NCBI GenBank assembly: GCA_963422205.2
Contig: CAXMWX010000003.1
Span: 257,565 to 321,564, forward strand
Length of the DNA stretch: 64,000 bases
Direction of reading: 5' to 3'
Source: Gammaproteobacteria bacterium
GTDB lineage: Bacteria; Pseudomonadota; Gammaproteobacteria; Eutrophobiales; Eutrophobiaceae
Part shown: piece after piece, positions 63,101 to 64,000 of the stretch
Layout: each line of letters opens with the position of its first letter
Position numbering within the stretch: the stretch's first letter is position 1
Notes under the pieces: model-generated
The model's database searches: none
Told to the model about the DNA's origin: nothing
What the model saw: the letters and a program-made list of their open reading frames with translations, nothing else
Program-made: the position numbers and the translations under genes

Positions 63101-64000
63101 CCACCTTGACCGGCGCTGTGGCATTGAACACCGGTACGGGGGCAGGCGACATCAGCTTCAGCAGCACGGTGAATGGCGCTCACGCCCTGACCTTAACCGC
63201 CGGTATGGGCGACATTACGATGACCGGGGTGGTGGGCGGCAGCACCGCCCACATTGGCAATTTGACGGTTAGCGGCAACGACATTGAGTTTGATGACAAT
63301 GTGGAGGCACAGGCCATCATGGTCACGACCACAAACGCAGGCAGTATTGATGTCCGCGGCGTGACGCTCGATGCCAATGACAGCAACCTGACCTTCCGCA
63401 CGGCCAGCTTCATGGTGGATGGGTCGACGGAACTGCGCTCAACCGGCACGGCTGTTGATACCATGGTCACCTTTGCGGGCGAGAGCAATGCTGACCGTAT
63501 CCGCATAGGCGATGCCACCACGGGGACGATGGGTCTGCATCTGACCGCACAGGCACTGCAAGCCGTGCGTTCAACCATTGAGAGCATCGTCATTGGCCGG
63601 TCGGGTCAGTCAGGGGCGATTACGGTCAATCAGATGGGCGGTTTCACGTTAAGCAACAGCAGCCTGCACCTGCGTTCAACCGGCTGGGTTGCTGTGGGCA
63701 GCGATGTGACCCTCAGCAGGACGGACAGCCCCTTGAGGGTGGACGGCCCGCTTACCCTGACCGGCAACCTGACCACCAATGCGGGCAATATCATGATCAC
63801 GGGCGCCACCACCTTGACCGGCGCTGTGGCATTGAACACCGGTACGGGGGCGGGCAACATCAGCTTCAGCAGCACCGTTGAAGGCACCACGGCCGACGCT
63901 GACGCCCTGACCTTAACCGCCGGTATGGGCGACATTACGATGACCGGGGTGGTGGGCGGCAGCACCGCCCTGGGCGCTGTCACCATCCGCAGTGCCAGAG
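57151..64000 (+). CDS. Giant filamentous haemagglutinin/TpsA-like repetitive exoprotein; runs off the window end
   Basis: Frame open from ATG 57151 with no stop seen. Long signal peptide, TPS domain (IDWQSFNI, LNRI, LLNPNGVFFG), GGDYQG, GGFVEVSG, TLLLDP, then Thr/Gly-rich repeats. Absent from the ORF track because it has no stop. Confidence 0.92.
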   Translation, partial: MTLTLPIRWIELKRSRKTSQSPAGKSGAHRLSLPASPLRPVVRSVRRVLFPTSLLLIGGVGSGAVLAGPAGEQVTAGQGRITRPDATTTTINQQSHRLAIDWQSFNINHNERVEFRQPSPRATALNRIADQNPSQIHGALRANGEVILLNPNGVFFGKTARVNVGALIASGLDMSNEDFLSGQYRFTAPAGDSGGAIINQGLLQAATGGSITLLGGGVQNAGMILATAGQVNLLAGRRVTMDFDGDGLIQFSIDQGLLKDAHDLDDAISNTGEISADGGAVLLQGKAARSVFNQVINNEGIIRAQRIERRGGVVRLVAEGPSAGLVNTGHIDASNNDGGDASIDNKGGHIHLYAEGRTRLAAEGRLNAASARGQGGTVDILGIERVEMLGRAAVDAFGAAGGGVVRLGGDYQGSNPDITNAEHTYVGPKAAIRADATASGDGGRVIVWADDTAEMYGQISARGGPQAGDGGFVEVSGKKNFAIGSLFRQIDVSSPTARGGTLLLDPINIDIVGGGTSTTNPITGSSVSMNSLKAADISAYLQNAGSLVITTAGSSTAGSSTADGNITVENSANISWSGGNNLTLTADNDISLASSSRINATGNGSITLMANRDISLASSSRINATGNGSITLTATRGISLLGSSQITATGGSDITLTTGGTAAGVGITLAGDISTAGGNITLTGATTLTGAVALDTGSGAGNITFSNTVEGTTAGADALTLTAGTGNIRFTGAVGGSTALGAIRITSASNVTLAAVTAASLTQEGTSAGTAGGTGTTTLGGNLTIGGNVNLNTNTITTTSGSSTITTTSGGTLTLTAADTLTLADATSTSDTATADIMADGAVDLTGTGGISISGDITTTNDNITFNSATTLTGAVALNTGSGAGNITFSSTVEGTTAGADALTLTAGTGNIRFTGAVGGSTPLTPLGAIRITSASNVTLAAVTAASLTQEGTSAGTAGGTGTTTLGGNLTIGGNVNLNTNTITTTSGSSTITTTSGGTLTLTAADTLTLADATSTSDTATADIMADGAVDLTGTGGISISGDITTTNDNITFNSATTLTGAVALNTGSGAGDISFSSTVNGADALTLTAGTGNIRFTGAVGGSTALGAVTIRSARDVTLAAVTAASLTQEGTSAGTAGGTGTTTLGGNLTIGGNVNLNTNTITTTSGSSTITTTSGGTLTLTAADTLTLADATSTSDTATADIMADGAVDLTGTGGIRISGDITTNDNITFNSATTLTGAVALNTGSGAGNITFSSTVEGTTAGADALTLTAGMGDITMTGVVGGSTALGAVTIRSARDVTLAAVTAASLTQEGTSAGTAGGTGTTTLGGNLTTSTATGVNIITSAIAVNNTITTTTGNGTVTLNASGSTSPALTLADATSTSDTATADIMAGGAVDLTGTGGISISGDITTTNDNITFNSATTLTGAVALNTGTGAGDISFSSTVNGAHALTLTAGMGDITMTGVVGGSTALGAVTIRSARDVTLAAVTAASLTQEGTSAGTAGGTGTTTLGGNLTTSTATGVNIITSAIAVNNTITTTTGNGTVTLNASGSTSPALTLADATSTSDTATADIMAGGAVDLTGTGGISISGDITTTNDNITFNSATTLTGAVALNTGTGAGNISFSSTVEGTTADADALTLTAGMGDITMTGVVGGSTALGAVTIRSARDVTLAAVTAASLTQEGTSAGTAGGTGTTTLGGNLTTSTATGVNIITSAIAVNNTITTTTGNGTVTLNASGSTSPALTLADATSTSDTATADIMAGGAVDLTGTGGISISGDITTTNDNITFNSATTLTGAVALNTGTGAGNISFSSTVEGTTADADALTLTAGMGDITMTGVVGGSTALGAVTIRSARDVTLAAVTAASLTQEGTSAGTAGGTGTTTLGGNLTTSTATGVNIITSAIAVNNTITTTTGNGTVTLNASGSTSPALTLADATSTSDTATADIMAGGAVDLTGTGGISISGDITTTNDNITFNSATTLTGAVALNTGTGAGDISFSSTVNGAHALTLTAGMGDITMTGVVGGSTAHIGNLTVSGNDIEFDDNVEAQAIMVTTTNAGSIDVRGVTLDANDSNLTFRTASFMVDGSTELRSTGTAVDTMVTFAGESNADRIRIGDATTGTMGLHLTAQALQAVRSTIESIVIGRSGQSGAITVNQMGGFTLSNSSLHLRSTGWVAVGSDVTLSRTDSPLRVDGPLTLTGNLTTNAGNIMITGATTLTGAVALNTGTGAGNISFSSTVEGTTADADALTLTAGMGDITMTGVVGGSTALGAVTIRSAR
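58801..58837 (+). repeat. 15-bp in-frame tandem repeat (TAGSS)
   Basis: ACCGCCGGGTCTAGC twice, plus ACCGCCG. Confidence 0.85.
58897..59120 (+). repeat. 72-bp (24 aa) tandem repeat, about 3 copies
   Basis: TL.A..DISLASSSRINATGNGSI units; AT-richer codons than the rest of the gene. Confidence 0.88.
59203..63250 (+). repeat. Seven full near-identical 537-564 bp tandem units plus a partial unit; the array resumes at 63805
   Basis: GCCACCACCTTGACCGGCGCTGTGGCATTG recurs at 59203, 59755, 60316, 60853, 61417, 61969, 62533, 63097 and 63805. Confidence 0.95.

Noticed and set aside
59203-63250. Large repeat array as CRISPR or a DGR template/variable pair
   Set aside because: Units are in-frame coding repeats with no unique spacers, no adenine-specific variation pattern, and no cas or RT gene in the window.
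59203-63250. TxT ladders suggesting an ice-binding protein
   Set aside because: Thr-rich strands are common in beta-helical adhesins and the spacing here is irregular.
58773-63986. Long minus-strand ORFs (904 aa, 555 aa and others)
   Set aside because: Val/Pro/Ala-rich antisense shadows of the repetitive plus-strand adhesin; the TPS motifs are on the plus strand.

Overview
Chromosomal window of a moderately GC-rich gammaproteobacterium, mostly housekeeping genes. In order: serA-DUF1015, yffB-dapD, the conserved leuB-asd-fimV-truA-trpF-trpB-trpA-accD-folC-dedD-cvpA-purF block, phaR-phaA, lpdA-sucB-sucA, gltA-mdh-rppH, dps, mpl, nth, FHA/PP2C, fdxA, an ABC pair, mutS, htpG, a GAF/HD-GYP protein, soxCD-like genes, aroC and a truncated Aas-like gene. 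There are two accessory regions. (1) An AT-richer island at about 20.9-26.2 kb carries a C-protein-controlled type II restriction-modification module and an animal-haem-peroxidase-family gene bracketed by IS1595/IS1016-type ends. The dead IS contains three copies of a 27-30 bp hairpin element inserted without target duplication; all three lengths are multiples of 3. (2) A giant filamentous-haemagglutinin/TpsA-like ORF starts at 57151 and runs off the window end, with seven near-identical ~550-bp repeats; it is missing from the ORF track. Several genes look decayed or repurposed: a FimV N-domain paralogue with a TAG where Trp is expected, an orphan RnfE lacking both Fe-S cysteines, an Aas-like protein lacking its catalytic His, and an FkbM-like fragment. 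I recognised no rRNA, tRNA or CRISPR array. All calls come from reading motifs by eye; no searches were run.
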